Origin: SAR202 cluster bacterium
GTDB lineage: Bacteria; Chloroflexota; Dehalococcoidia; Lucifugimonadales; GCA-2712585
Length of the DNA stretch: 64,000 nucleotides
Assembly (NCBI GenBank): GCA_016872285.1
Contig: VGZZ01000009.1
Coordinates: 820 to 64,819, forward strand
Direction: 5' to 3'
Positions 1 through 9,216 of the stretch are shown one piece after another; position 1 is the stretch's first letter; the number at the start of each line of letters is the position of its first letter. Made by a program: the position numbers and the translations under genes. The notes under the pieces are model-generated. The model was not told where the DNA came from, did not search any database, and was given only the letters and a program-made list of their open reading frames with translations.

Positions 1-463
1 TGATGTTGAAGAACTGGCCTTTGTACTCAAAGTTGCCGTCGGACTGCCAGATTTTCATGACAACGTCCATGACTTCGGCGGCGCGGGCATGGCGTTCGGG
101 CTCGGGGATGCCGAAGAGCTCGAACTCGGTGGGCATGCCGCCGGTGCCGATGCCGAAGTTGAACCTGCCCTGGCCCAGGTGGTCGAGGACGGCGATGCGA
201 TGGGCCAGCATGATGGGGTGGTGAAGCTGGAGGAGGATAACGCCGGTGCCGAGCTTGATTTTCTTGGTCCGGGCGAAGAGGTTGGCGATGAAGAGGTCGG
301 GGGCGGTGATAGGCTCGGTCCTGAGGGTATGGTGCTCGCCTATCCACGCTTCGTGGATGCCTAGCTCATCGGCCAGGGTGATGGTGGCGGTGTCTTCTTT
401 CATAACCTGCTGCCACGGTTTTTCGGGGGGATGGATGGGCATGACAAAGAGACCAAATTCCAC
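1..463 (-). CDS. LLM-class (luciferase-like) flavin/F420-dependent oxidoreductase, N-terminal part; the gene runs off the window start
   Basis: Not in the ORF track because it is open at the window edge. The minus frame is open from 463 to 1. The GTG at 463 follows an in-frame TAA. It reads MEFGLFVMPIHPPEKPW..LADELGIHEAWIGEHH..LLQLHHPIMLAHRIAVLDHLGQGRFNFGIGTGG, which is a typical LLM N-terminal half. Confidence 0.75.
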   Translation of the reverse strand, partial: MEFGLFVMPIHPPEKPWQQVMKEDTATITLADELGIHEAWIGEHHTLRTEPITAPDLFIANLFARTKKIKLGTGVILLQLHHPIMLAHRIAVLDHLGQGRFNFGIGTGGMPTEFELFGIPEPERHARAAEVMDVVMKIWQSDGNFEYKGQFFNI

Positions 464-597
464 AAAGTTCTCCAGAGATTATGAGTAGTAAATTGTGACG
501 ATTATAGTCTCGGCCAATATCAGAGGCAAGGAAGCGTTCTAGACATAGCCTGCGCACGAGGGTATATTTCGATAGATTTGGACGGTTGGAGGGGTAA

Positions 598-1782
598 ATG
601 ACGGTTTCTAAAAGGACGGTGCAGGCCATGGAGGAGGGCGGCTGGATACGCCGCATGTTCGAGATTGGCATCGAATTGAAGAAGAAGCACGGGCCTATGA
701 AAGTGTTCGACCTGTCGCTGGGGAACCCGGTGGTGGAGCCGCCGAAGCGGTTCAACGAGCGATTGAAGCAACTGGCGCTTTCGTCGACGCCGGGGACGCA
801 TAGGTACATGCCGAACGCGGGGTATCCGGAGGTGCGGGCGAGGGTGGCGCAGTCGATAGCGCGAGAGACGGGGCTGCCGTTTACTGCGGGTGAGGTAGTG
901 ATGACGTGCGGGGCAGCGGGCGCGCTTAACGTGATTTTTGAGACTATCCTCAATCCCAACGATGAGGTAGTTATCTTCGCCCCATTCTTTGGCGAGTTCA
1001 CTTTTTACATCGAGAACCATCGAGGGAAGGCTATCATCTGCCCTACCAACGACTCGTTTCTGCCTGACCTGGCGGCGCTGGAAGAGCTCATCACGAAAAA
1101 GACCAGGGCCGTGCTGATTAACTCGCCAAACAACCCTTCCGGCGTTATGTACCCGGAAGATGTCATTAAAGGGATAGGCGAACTTCTCGGCAAGAAGGAG
1201 AAGCAGTTTGGCACAGAGATATTTCTTATAAGCGACGAGCCTTACCGGCGCCTAATCTTCGACGGGCTGAAGTACCCGCGTATCTTCGGGCATCATCAGG
1301 CATCGATTGCTGTACATTCGCACTCCAAGGACCTGGCGATACCCGGGGAGCGCATAGGGTATATCGCGGTCAATCCCGGGTATGAGGACCGGGCGCAGCT
1401 TGTGGACGGGGCGATTTTTTGGAATCGAAGCCTGGGTTTTGTGAACGCGCCGGCGATTATTCAGATGGCGGTGGCGGACTTGCAGGGGACGTCGGTGGAC
1501 GTGATGGAGTACCAGAAGAAGCGAGACTTCCTCTACGGCCAACTGACGGAGATGGGGTACCAGATTGTGAAGCCCCAGGGGGCGTTTTATATGTTCCCGA
1601 AGTCGCCTATTGAAGACGACGTGGAGTTTGTGGGGGCATTGCAGGAGTGGAACGTGCTGACGGTGCCGGGGAAGGGGTTTGGCGCGCCCGGGTTCTTCCG
1701 CATATCGTACTGCGTGGAGGACTGGGTGCTGCAGGGGGCGATGAAGGGGTTCGCCGAGGCGGCGAAGAAGTTTGGGGTGTAG
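598..1782 (+). CDS. PLP-dependent aminotransferase, class I/II
   Basis: 394-aa ORF with NSPNNPSG and SHSKDLAIPGERIGY (PLP-lysine) motifs. Confidence 0.85.
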   Translation: MTVSKRTVQAMEEGGWIRRMFEIGIELKKKHGPMKVFDLSLGNPVVEPPKRFNERLKQLALSSTPGTHRYMPNAGYPEVRARVAQSIARETGLPFTAGEVVMTCGAAGALNVIFETILNPNDEVVIFAPFFGEFTFYIENHRGKAIICPTNDSFLPDLAALEELITKKTRAVLINSPNNPSGVMYPEDVIKGIGELLGKKEKQFGTEIFLISDEPYRRLIFDGLKYPRIFGHHQASIAVHSHSKDLAIPGERIGYIAVNPGYEDRAQLVDGAIFWNRSLGFVNAPAIIQMAVADLQGTSVDVMEYQKKRDFLYGQLTEMGYQIVKPQGAFYMFPKSPIEDDVEFVGALQEWNVLTVPGKGFGAPGFFRISYCVEDWVLQGAMKGFAEAAKKFGV

Positions 1783-1840
1783 GCAACCGTTTGGTAGGGG
1801 CGGGAATTTCTCTATCTCCAGGCGTTTGTTTCACGTACAG

Positions 1841-2110
1841 CCTTTGTATAAGCGGGATGCCCTCATCACCCTTAATCCCTCTTCTCCCGACTACGGGAGA
1901 AGAGGGAAAGAATAAAGAAATACCACAACCCCCTCCTTCGACCAGGCTCAGGACGGCGTCTAACTCCCCCTTCGCCTTTCAGGCCGAAGGGGGAGAACCA
2001 GATGGAAGACCCCACGCCCCACCCGTTAAAAAGGCCTGTAGTTTCTCATAAAGCGGCCTTCATGAAAGAAAAAGAGACTCAGAGATCCCTTGATCTATAT
2101 CGCAGTTCAA
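1841..2110 (+). repeat. Mosaic intergenic repeat, copy A (full: left arm, hairpin H1, middle, hairpin H2, right arm R1)
   Basis: H1 is a 12-bp perfect stem: ccctcttctccc (1877-1888) pairs with gggagaagaggg (1895-1906). H2 is an 11-bp stem: ctcccccttcg (1964-1974) pairs with cgaagggggag (1985-1995). The element aligns with copies at 12936, 20171 and elsewhere. Confidence 0.85.
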
Positions 2111-2193
2111 CAGGAGAGAGGGCCAGATAGTATTGGATGCCTTACGGTGCTACTTGATTCCTAATATACGCAGAAAATGTAACCGGCTGTAGT

Positions 2194-2715
2194 TTAGGCT
2201 TTGGGCCTGGTGGAGAGGCCGGCGGCTTTGAACCGTTTGGCGTTTTCCTTGTAATGCTCGGCGGCTGAATTAATTCGGTTTTTGAGCTTGGGTTTTAAGG
2301 GGTGGATTTTCCCGGGGACGCCTACGACGACGGAGTTGGGGGGCACAATGGTGTTAGCCAGGACTACGGCGCCGGCGCCGATGACGCAGTTGTCGCCAAT
2401 CTCTGCGTTTTCCAGCAGGACAGCGTTGACGCCGATCATGACGTTGCTGCCGACTTTGTGGCAGTGGAGGACGGCACCGTGGGTAACAGTCACGTTGTCG
2501 CCGACCTCCAGGTAGTCGTCGGCGTGGAGGACGCAGTTGTCCTGGATGTTGGTGTTGCTGCCGACGGTGATGCGTCCGTAGTCGCCGCGAAGGACCGCGC
2601 CGGGCCAGACGCTAGAGTTTTCGCCGATGGTGACATCGCCGACGATATAAGCGGCCTCGCTGACGAAGGCGGTGGGATGGACGCGAGGGGTCTTTTCATC
2701 CAAGCTTCGGATCAT
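2194..2715 (-). CDS. Gamma-carbonic-anhydrase-like / left-handed beta-helix (hexapeptide repeat) protein
   Basis: MIRSLDEKTPRVHPTAFVSEAAYIVGDVTIGENSSVWPGAVLRGDYG.. shows hexapeptide periodicity. I chose the ATG at 2715 because AAGGAG lies 7 nt upstream; the track start at 2769 is probably too long. Confidence 0.8.
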   Translation of the reverse strand: MIRSLDEKTPRVHPTAFVSEAAYIVGDVTIGENSSVWPGAVLRGDYGRITVGSNTNIQDNCVLHADDYLEVGDNVTVTHGAVLHCHKVGSNVMIGVNAVLLENAEIGDNCVIGAGAVVLANTIVPPNSVVVGVPGKIHPLKPKLKNRINSAAEHYKENAKRFKAAGLSTRPKA

Positions 2716-2832
2716 TAACAGTCTCCTTAGGCTTTGTAGGGATACGTCAGAAAATACTATCACCCCCACGGGTGTGGGGGTGATAGCGATCTGGCTATGT
2801 TAGAGGGCTGAGGCCCTGTTAACTGAGGGGAC

Positions 2833-3261
2833 TTACTTCTTTTCGACGACGAGGACGGGGGTGGAGACGATGGTCTCTTGACCGCCCTGGCCCCGCTTGA
2901 CCTGCATGGTCACGACGCCGCACTTGGTGACGGGGACGGTGACGTCGTCAACGAAGCCGCCGGTGTCGTCAGGGAAGCCGGCGCCGACGAAGATCTGGCC
3001 GGTGGTGGTGCGGACGGAGATGAGGACTACGTCGCCTTTCTCGAAGCCGCCGGCGATAACGTCGAAGGTGACGTTGCCGGTGCAGCCGGGCCTTTCGACA
3101 CGGGCGGGGTCAACCACGGCGGAGGGGACACGGCCCAGGCCTGTCGCAGCGCTGCCACTGCCGGAGCCGGCGCCGCGCACAACGGAAATACCGAGGACAA
3201 GGACTAAAATGCTGACTAGAAGTACGATTATGGTAGCTTTGGAACCCAGGAAGCGATTCAT
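2833..3261 (-). CDS. Hypothetical secreted or membrane-anchored protein
   Basis: 142-aa ORF with an AAGGAGG RBS and an N-terminal hydrophobic signal/anchor (IIVLLVSILVLVLGISVV). I recognise no family. Confidence 0.6.
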   Translation of the reverse strand: MNRFLGSKATIIVLLVSILVLVLGISVVRGAGSGSGSAATGLGRVPSAVVDPARVERPGCTGNVTFDVIAGGFEKGDVVLISVRTTTGQIFVGAGFPDDTGGFVDDVTVPVTKCGVVTMQVKRGQGGQETIVSTPVLVVEKK

Positions 3262-3523
3262 CTAACCTCCTTACGGATGCTTCGTTGTCGAAATTTCTAC
3301 GCTGAAGGGCCTCTGCTGGATGTCTTGCCTTTAGATTAGTTATTGAGGATTAATACTATAGGCTTTGTTGAGGACATCGCTTACGTTTTCTAGCTTTGGC
3401 GCCCCTTCGAGAGCCGCCGAATCGTAGCATAGGCAAAATTCCATTGTCAAGCGAAATTAAGTGTGAATTAAGATAGATTTTGGGGGTTTTATCAATAGCC
3501 GGTTTTATTTGAAAATCCGGCCA

Positions 3524-3685
3524 CTTTCTTAAGTCGGGGCGAACTCAACCCCCTTTGTCCCCCTTCTCTTTTCGAAGAAGGGGGAAAGAAAAAAGAAATA
3601 CCACAACCCCCTCCTTCGGCCAGGCTCAGGACGGCGTCGAGCTCTCCCTTCGCCTTCCAGGCCGAAGGGGGAGAACCTGAATGGG
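3524..3685 (+). repeat. Mosaic intergenic repeat, copy B
   Basis: The H1 variant stem is cccccttct (3559-3567) paired with agaaggggg (3576-3584). It is followed by ccacaaccccctccttcggccaggctcaggacggcg and an H2 hairpin. Confidence 0.8.
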
Positions 3686-3754
3686 ACATCACACTACCCA
3701 GGGCCCAACCTTGTCCCTTCGGCATATTTAGGGCGGCTCCTCAAAGGAGAGGGC

Positions 3755-4759
3755 CTAGCTGCTACTCTCAGCGGGGAGGGGAGCTTCTTCCACGCCGAAG
3801 CCTGAACGCCACAGGTCGTCCAGACGCGCCAGCTCGTGGGGGGTGAGGTTGGGGACGTCGGGGGCGGAGGTGTATTCGGCCAGCTCGCGAGGGTTGGTTA
3901 TGTTGGGGAGGACGGAGCAGATGGTCTCCTGGGCCAGGCAGAACTTAATGGCGGCCTGGGCGAAGGTGCGGTCAGCTTCGTCGGCGATGAAGCGCGATAG
4001 ATTTGCTTTCTTGATAGCTTTTTCCAGCCACTCACGCTTGCGGAAGGCGCGGTGGTCGGAGGGGTCAAACTGGGGCATGGTCTTGTATCGGTCGGTGAGG
4101 ACTTCGGACGCGTGAGGTACCCTGGACAGCAGGCCGACGTTTTTTTCTTTGGCGATGGGGAAAAAGCGGCGTGAGGGTTCCTGCTCAAGGATGCTGTGGA
4201 TTATCTGCATGGCATGAATGTTGCGATACTTTAGAGAGGCTTCGCCCTCCTCGAACCAACCGATGTCTGGGCCTAAGGCGACTGCGTAATACCGTAACTT
4301 GCCTTCCTTTACAAGCTCGTCCAGGGTTGCGAATAGCTCGTCATTTTCGATGGCAGGAAGTCGAGGGTTATGGAGCTGATAGATATCAATATAGTCGGTC
4401 TTGAGGCGGCGGAGGCTCTGCTCGCAGGCGAACCGTATGAAAGCGGGGTCCCATTTCTGGGACCGCTCTTTATGTCCTACACGAGGGGTTGTGTCATGGA
4501 TATCGTAGCCAAACTTGGTGCCGATGATGATGTCGCGGCGCTGTTTGGGGAAGGCCATGGCGAGGACTTCCTCGCCGTAGCCGGTGCCGTAGGTGTCGGC
4601 GGTATCAAAGAAGTTGACGCCGAGGTCGTGGGCCTTTTGCAGGAGATGGATGCCGTCCTCTCGGTCTATGTGGCCCCACCAGTCAGTAGCCACGGTCCAA
4701 ACACCAAAGCCTACCTCCGACAGCTTCAGGTCAGTACGGGGGAGGAGGCGATAATTCAT
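3755..4759 (-). CDS. Aldo/keto reductase
   Basis: 334-aa ORF with FFDTADTYGTGYGE and an AKR-typical layout. Confidence 0.85.
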   Translation of the reverse strand: MNYRLLPRTDLKLSEVGFGVWTVATDWWGHIDREDGIHLLQKAHDLGVNFFDTADTYGTGYGEEVLAMAFPKQRRDIIIGTKFGYDIHDTTPRVGHKERSQKWDPAFIRFACEQSLRRLKTDYIDIYQLHNPRLPAIENDELFATLDELVKEGKLRYYAVALGPDIGWFEEGEASLKYRNIHAMQIIHSILEQEPSRRFFPIAKEKNVGLLSRVPHASEVLTDRYKTMPQFDPSDHRAFRKREWLEKAIKKANLSRFIADEADRTFAQAAIKFCLAQETICSVLPNITNPRELAEYTSAPDVPNLTPHELARLDDLWRSGFGVEEAPLPAESSS

Positions 4760-4783
4760 GTAGAAGGGACTCCGGAAGTAGGT

Positions 4784-5374
4784 TTAGGCTTTGACGGACG
4801 AGAGGCTAAGGACATCCTTGACCTTTAATACTCCATTGTGGAACTGGGCGTCGGTTAACACCGGCGAGGGATCTCCCATGGACACCTGGGAGTCGAGGGC
4901 TACCCAGGACTTGCAGCCATCGTAGTGGGGCTTGAAGTCGACCGATTGAGGAATACCAAGACTATAGACACGGAGCAGCATTAATATTAAAGGTTTGCGG
5001 GGCTTCCAGTGGAGGCGTTTTTCAGCGTAGTCCTGAGTCCAGATATGGAAAGGCTGGAGAAGGGGAAGTGTGGCCTCGTCCCACAGTTCCAGGGTCTCTT
5101 CAACTCGAGCCCAGTGAGTAAAGGCGATTTTAGAAGGATTGGGGAGATGCTCAAGGGCAGGCTTGTATTCGAGACGATAGGACTCCTGGAGGAGGTCGGC
5201 GCGCTGATGCTCGTAGGTAGGATAGAGAAGAAACTCGTGGTGCTGGACCTTGAACTCCCTGCCCTCCTCTCTGATACCGCCCTTGCGCATGAGCAGGACC
5301 TGTTTGCCCTGGGCGAGGGCCCGGACGGTGACGGCCCATTCTTTGAAGGCGATACTGGTAGAGTAAGGGAGCAT
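4784..5374 (-). CDS. DUF1802-like protein
   Basis: 196 aa. The N-terminus AFKEWAVTVRALAQGKQVLLMRKGGIREE..EFLLYPTYEHQ matches my memory of the DUF1802 family. Confidence 0.5.
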   Translation of the reverse strand: MLPYSTSIAFKEWAVTVRALAQGKQVLLMRKGGIREEGREFKVQHHEFLLYPTYEHQRADLLQESYRLEYKPALEHLPNPSKIAFTHWARVEETLELWDEATLPLLQPFHIWTQDYAEKRLHWKPRKPLILMLLRVYSLGIPQSVDFKPHYDGCKSWVALDSQVSMGDPSPVLTDAQFHNGVLKVKDVLSLSSVKA

Positions 5375-5410
5375 CAGCCGACTCCTTAGATATAGCGAGG
5401 CTACCTCATC

Positions 5411-6661
5411 TTAGCATCCCCGGCAGGCCGCCTCAATGCTGACGAATTCATTCTTGAATTCCTGGTAGCTGGAAAATTTGGCTAGATCCCGGACGAACTG
5501 CCCTGGGGAAGAAACGGCGGCGCGGAAAGCCTCCAGCTCTTCATCTACGGTGCTGACGGAGGCGGCGCTTTGGGCGTAGGCGCCGTGGAAGGCGAAATAG
5601 GCCTGATTGAGCTTGCGGATGTAGTAACCGTTGTCGAGGAACAGCAAGCGGCGCTCCTCCATGATCCTTTCCGCAGTCTCAATCTCTCCCAGCGCCAGCA
5701 GTTCCTCTACTTCCAGTCTGGTGGTCTGCATTTCGCCTCGGAAATCAAAGATTTCAAGGATTTTCACCACTTCTTGAAGCTGGCCGTCTGAAAGAATGAC
5801 CGGCTTTGTCAGCGTCTTGCCGGTAATGATTTCATAGACCTTATCCCCAATTTCGCGGCCCGCGAGGTTGGCGGCGGACTCGTTGAGGGATGTGGTGTCA
5901 GAGTCGCGCCCGTAGTTCATACCCAGGGGCCGGAAGAACCAGTATTGGTGAAGCCACTCGTGGACGGCAGTGGACAGGGCGTGGCGGAGGCCGCCGTTGG
6001 GCGGGACTATGCTGGGGTAGGTGGCAATACCGCCGATGTCGACCACCAGAGCGGACAGACCTCTAGACTTAAGGATTTCGTGTTCCAGGGCTTCCCTTTG
6101 ATCGAGGCTGACATCCGGCCTGAGGGTGACGTTGCCCTGACGCTTGATGGCGTCCCGCGGGGAGGTGACCAGGACGGTGGGCGGCAGGACCAACTCCATG
6201 TCCACCGGCGGCCAGAGAAGGCCGAAGGGCCCGCCGAAGCCTTCCTGGACCAGGACCTTGCTCACCAGGGATTCGATGCGCTCTTCGACTCGGGCCTTGT
6301 CTCGGTCTTGAAGGGACTGCAACTCTTTTATAAGCTGCCTTGCGCCCGACTCCTCTCTATCCGAGGCTGTTTGAGAGTAAAGCACCTCTTCCAACTGGTT
6401 TATTTCGTCAGCCCGCTCGAAATACTGACGCACCCGGGCGATTTCCTCTTCTTCGCTCATGTTTTCGCTCCAGGGCATGGCACGGCCCAGGAGGTGAAGC
6501 CACTTCCCCATGAAATTTTTCATCTCCCAGCTTACGATTCCCCATTTGTAAGGAGTCGACGGGGAAGCGGACGACAGGGAGCCGCTGGAATCCTGGCCCA
6601 CGGAAAGCATCAGCATGGCGATGAAGAATATGGCGATGTATCGGTTCAAGAAAAGTCTCAC
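5411..6661 (-). CDS. Membrane-anchored hypothetical protein with an HExxH motif (putative Zn metalloprotease)
   Basis: 416 aa with an N-terminal TM segment (IAIFFIAMLMLSV), a charged coiled-coil-like segment and an AVHEWLHQY (HExxH) motif. Confidence 0.55.
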   Translation of the reverse strand: MRLFLNRYIAIFFIAMLMLSVGQDSSGSLSSASPSTPYKWGIVSWEMKNFMGKWLHLLGRAMPWSENMSEEEEIARVRQYFERADEINQLEEVLYSQTASDREESGARQLIKELQSLQDRDKARVEERIESLVSKVLVQEGFGGPFGLLWPPVDMELVLPPTVLVTSPRDAIKRQGNVTLRPDVSLDQREALEHEILKSRGLSALVVDIGGIATYPSIVPPNGGLRHALSTAVHEWLHQYWFFRPLGMNYGRDSDTTSLNESAANLAGREIGDKVYEIITGKTLTKPVILSDGQLQEVVKILEIFDFRGEMQTTRLEVEELLALGEIETAERIMEERRLLFLDNGYYIRKLNQAYFAFHGAYAQSAASVSTVDEELEAFRAAVSSPGQFVRDLAKFSSYQEFKNEFVSIEAACRGC

Positions 6662-6745
6662 GCTTAAAGAGCCTACAAATATTTTCCCACAAAATCTATG
6701 CAGATAATACGATTGTTCCTTATAAACGGCCTTCTAATCGCGTCG

Positions 6746-6774
6746 TTGCCACGCTGAAGGGTTTTGGCTACAAT
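6746..6774 (+). promoter_or_regulatory. Sigma70-like promoter upstream of the EF-G paralogue
   Basis: TTGCCA (6746-6751), a 17-nt spacer, then TACAAT (6769-6774), about 40 nt upstream of the ATG at 6816. Confidence 0.45.
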
Positions 6775-6815
6775 GACCTGGATAAGCTCCTGCCAGATTT
6801 GAGGTAACTTTTATC

Positions 6816-8867
6816 ATGCCTTCACCAGAAGCGAGCAAAATTCGAAACGTAGTACTTCTTTCACACAGCGGTTCCGGCAAAAGCGCCCTTTCAGAAGCGC
6901 TGCTTTTTGCCACCAAGGCCATAAATCGAATGGGAACCGCCGAGGCAGGTAATACAGTGTCCGACTATGAGCCTGAAGAGGCCAAGCGCCGCTCAAGCAC
7001 TCAAACATCTCTGGTGCCTTGCCAGTACAGCGGATTCAAGATTAATTTCCTGGATACGCCGGGATATGACGATTTCCGCGGCGAGGTTGTGCCGGCGCTG
7101 CGGGTGTGCGAGGGCGCGGTTATAGTCATAAGCGCTATATCTGGCGTGGAGGTAGGGACTGAGAATTCTTGGAACATGTGCAAGGAGAGGAATTTACCTC
7201 GAATTATTTTCGTCAACAAGATGGACCGCGAGAACGCCGATTTCCAGCGGACTCTCAACGGCATACAGGCCGCCTTCGGCAGAAGCTGCGTTCCGTTCCA
7301 ACTGCCTATAGGCAGCGCCCAGGACTTTAAGGGGATTGTGAACCTCCTGGGGAAGGGGGAGAACGCCACGGCTTCGATGAAGGATGAGGCGTCGAAGGCC
7401 AAAGAAAGGCTTATTGAGGCGGTGGCAGAGAGCGACGATGAACTGGCCAACAAGTACCTGGAAGGACAGGAGATAAAGCCGGAGGAGTTGGAAAAGGCGC
7501 TGAAGAAAGCGATTCAGAGCGGTGATCTGGTGCCGGTGCTGGCCGGGTCGGCAACCCAGGCCGCAGGAGTTGAGGAGCTGCTGCAACTGGTAACCGGCTA
7601 CATGCCTTCGCCGATGGAGGTTGGGAAGACGGAGGCGAAGAATCAATCGAACGGAGAAAAGGTAGAACTGTCGCCGAGCAAGGACGGGACCCTGGCGTCC
7701 CTGGTGTTCAAGACCACGGCGGACCCCTTCGTCGGCAAGCTATCCTTCTTCCGCGTGTATTCCGGTGTCTTCAAGGCGAACGGCGAGGTATGGAACGCCA
7801 ACAAAGGCCAGTCTGAGCGCATAGGGCAGGTGTATTTCATGCGCGGCAAGACGCAGGAGCCGACGCCGGAGGTGGGGCCCGGGGACATTGGCGCGGTGTC
7901 CAAGCTGGCGGTGACCACCACCAGCGACACGCTTTGCCAGAAGGACAAACCCCTGGTCTTTGATCCCGTCGTTTTCCCTGTGGGTTTCTATTCGATGGCG
8001 GTAAGCCCCAAGACCAAGGCCGACCTGGACAAGATGTCGCAGGCCTTGGCTCGCATTGTGGAGGAGGACCCAAGCCTGAAGCTGTCCCGCGAGGCGTCCA
8101 CCAGCGAGACCCTGCTGTCTGGGTTGGGGGACGTGCATCTAGAGACGACGGTGGAGAAGGTCAAGCGCAAGTTTGGCACAGAACTGACGCTGAACCTGCC
8201 GAGGGTGCCATATCGGGAGACCATTACGTCGGTGACGCGGTCAGAATACAAGCACAAGAAGCAGTCCGGCGGCCACGGGCAGTATGGACACGTGCTGCTG
8301 AGGCTAGAGCCTCGCGAGCGGGACTCGGGCTTCGAGTTTGCCCATGAGGTGGTGGGTGGTTCCGTACCCAGGGAGTTCTGGCCTGCGGTGGAGAAGGGCG
8401 TCACGAAGTCTCTGGGGGAGGGGGCGCTGGCGGGTTATCCGGTGGTGGATGTGAAGGTGGTGCTGTACGACGGCAGCTACCATGACGTCGACTCCTCTGG
8501 CATGTCTTTCGAAATCGCCGCGGTGCAGGCGTTCAAGAAGGGGATGCTCGATGGGAGGCCCACGCTGCTCGAGCCTATTATGAAGCTCACGGTGAAGGTC
8601 CCCGACGCCAACACCGGCGATGTCATTGGCGATATGAACGGCAAGCGGGGCCGCATTATGGGTATGATTCCAGAGAATGGCTTCACGACGATTGAGGCCG
8701 AGGTACCTCTTGCGGAGCTGCTACGGTACTCGAGCGACCTGAGGTCTTTAACTCAGGGCCGGGCGAGCTACTCCATGGAGCCTAGCCGCTATGAGCCGGT
8801 GCCGCCTGCTATTGGACAGAAGGTGGTAGAAGAGGCGAAGCGAGTGAAGGAAGGGGCTAAGGCGTAG
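6816..8867 (+). CDS. fusA: Elongation factor G paralogue (translational GTPase)
   Basis: 683 aa. The G1 motif is SHSGSGKS, G3 is DTPGYDDF and G4 is NKMD. The EF-G domain II-V layout is present (..GGHGQYGHV..). Confidence 0.8.
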   Translation: MPSPEASKIRNVVLLSHSGSGKSALSEALLFATKAINRMGTAEAGNTVSDYEPEEAKRRSSTQTSLVPCQYSGFKINFLDTPGYDDFRGEVVPALRVCEGAVIVISAISGVEVGTENSWNMCKERNLPRIIFVNKMDRENADFQRTLNGIQAAFGRSCVPFQLPIGSAQDFKGIVNLLGKGENATASMKDEASKAKERLIEAVAESDDELANKYLEGQEIKPEELEKALKKAIQSGDLVPVLAGSATQAAGVEELLQLVTGYMPSPMEVGKTEAKNQSNGEKVELSPSKDGTLASLVFKTTADPFVGKLSFFRVYSGVFKANGEVWNANKGQSERIGQVYFMRGKTQEPTPEVGPGDIGAVSKLAVTTTSDTLCQKDKPLVFDPVVFPVGFYSMAVSPKTKADLDKMSQALARIVEEDPSLKLSREASTSETLLSGLGDVHLETTVEKVKRKFGTELTLNLPRVPYRETITSVTRSEYKHKKQSGGHGQYGHVLLRLEPRERDSGFEFAHEVVGGSVPREFWPAVEKGVTKSLGEGALAGYPVVDVKVVLYDGSYHDVDSSGMSFEIAAVQAFKKGMLDGRPTLLEPIMKLTVKVPDANTGDVIGDMNGKRGRIMGMIPENGFTTIEAEVPLAELLRYSSDLRSLTQGRASYSMEPSRYEPVPPAIGQKVVEEAKRVKEGAKA

Positions 8868-8967
8868 CTGGTACCTGGAGCGCTGATGCTTGAGTAAGGT
8901 TGGTGAATAGCGGCTCACTGCCCACGCATCCCTGACTCCCGTCTCAAACTCTTCCACTCGAGACGTT

Positions 8968-9110
8968 TGATGCGCAATACAGGCCTGGTCATAATCGGGT
9001 CGCCCTCATCACCCTTAATCCCTCTTCTCCAGACTACAGGGGAAGAGGGGGCACCTGAGGGGACACCACCAACTCCACCCATCAAAAGGGCGTGTGGTTC
9101 TTCTATTGGG
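8968..9110 (+). repeat. Mosaic intergenic repeat, copy C (deletion derivative: left arm + H1 fused directly to right arm R1)
   Basis: tgatgcgcaatacaggcctggtcataatcgg + ccctcatcacccttaatccctcttctcc..ggggaagaggg, followed directly by ..ccacccatcaaaagggcgtgtggttcttc. The middle module and H2 are missing. Confidence 0.75.
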
Positions 9111-9216
9111 TAAGGCTTAATGTACATTAGTCGTTCGAGGGGGGAGGAGTCAAGGGGAATCCTCACTACCTACCTTGGTTGTAACGCTAGCCCAGCTAAA
9201 AGAATCGTTATGGGGT

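Noticed and set aside
366-1020. Minus-strand ORFs 366..1001 and 520..1020
   Set aside because: They are antisense to the aminotransferase gene. The real minus-strand gene here is the LLM oxidoreductase ending at 463, in another frame.
1647-2051. ORFs running through repeat copies: 1647..2051, 3492..3725, 8915..9166, 10652..11224, 19865..20425, 20809..21135, 27657..27866, 44056..44370 and 44097..44426
   Set aside because: Their apparent conserved peptides (FQAEGGEP, SPPSAWKAKGEL, PLIPLLP..GEEGK) come from the hairpin repeats. The frames differ between copies, and indels and truncations do not respect codons.
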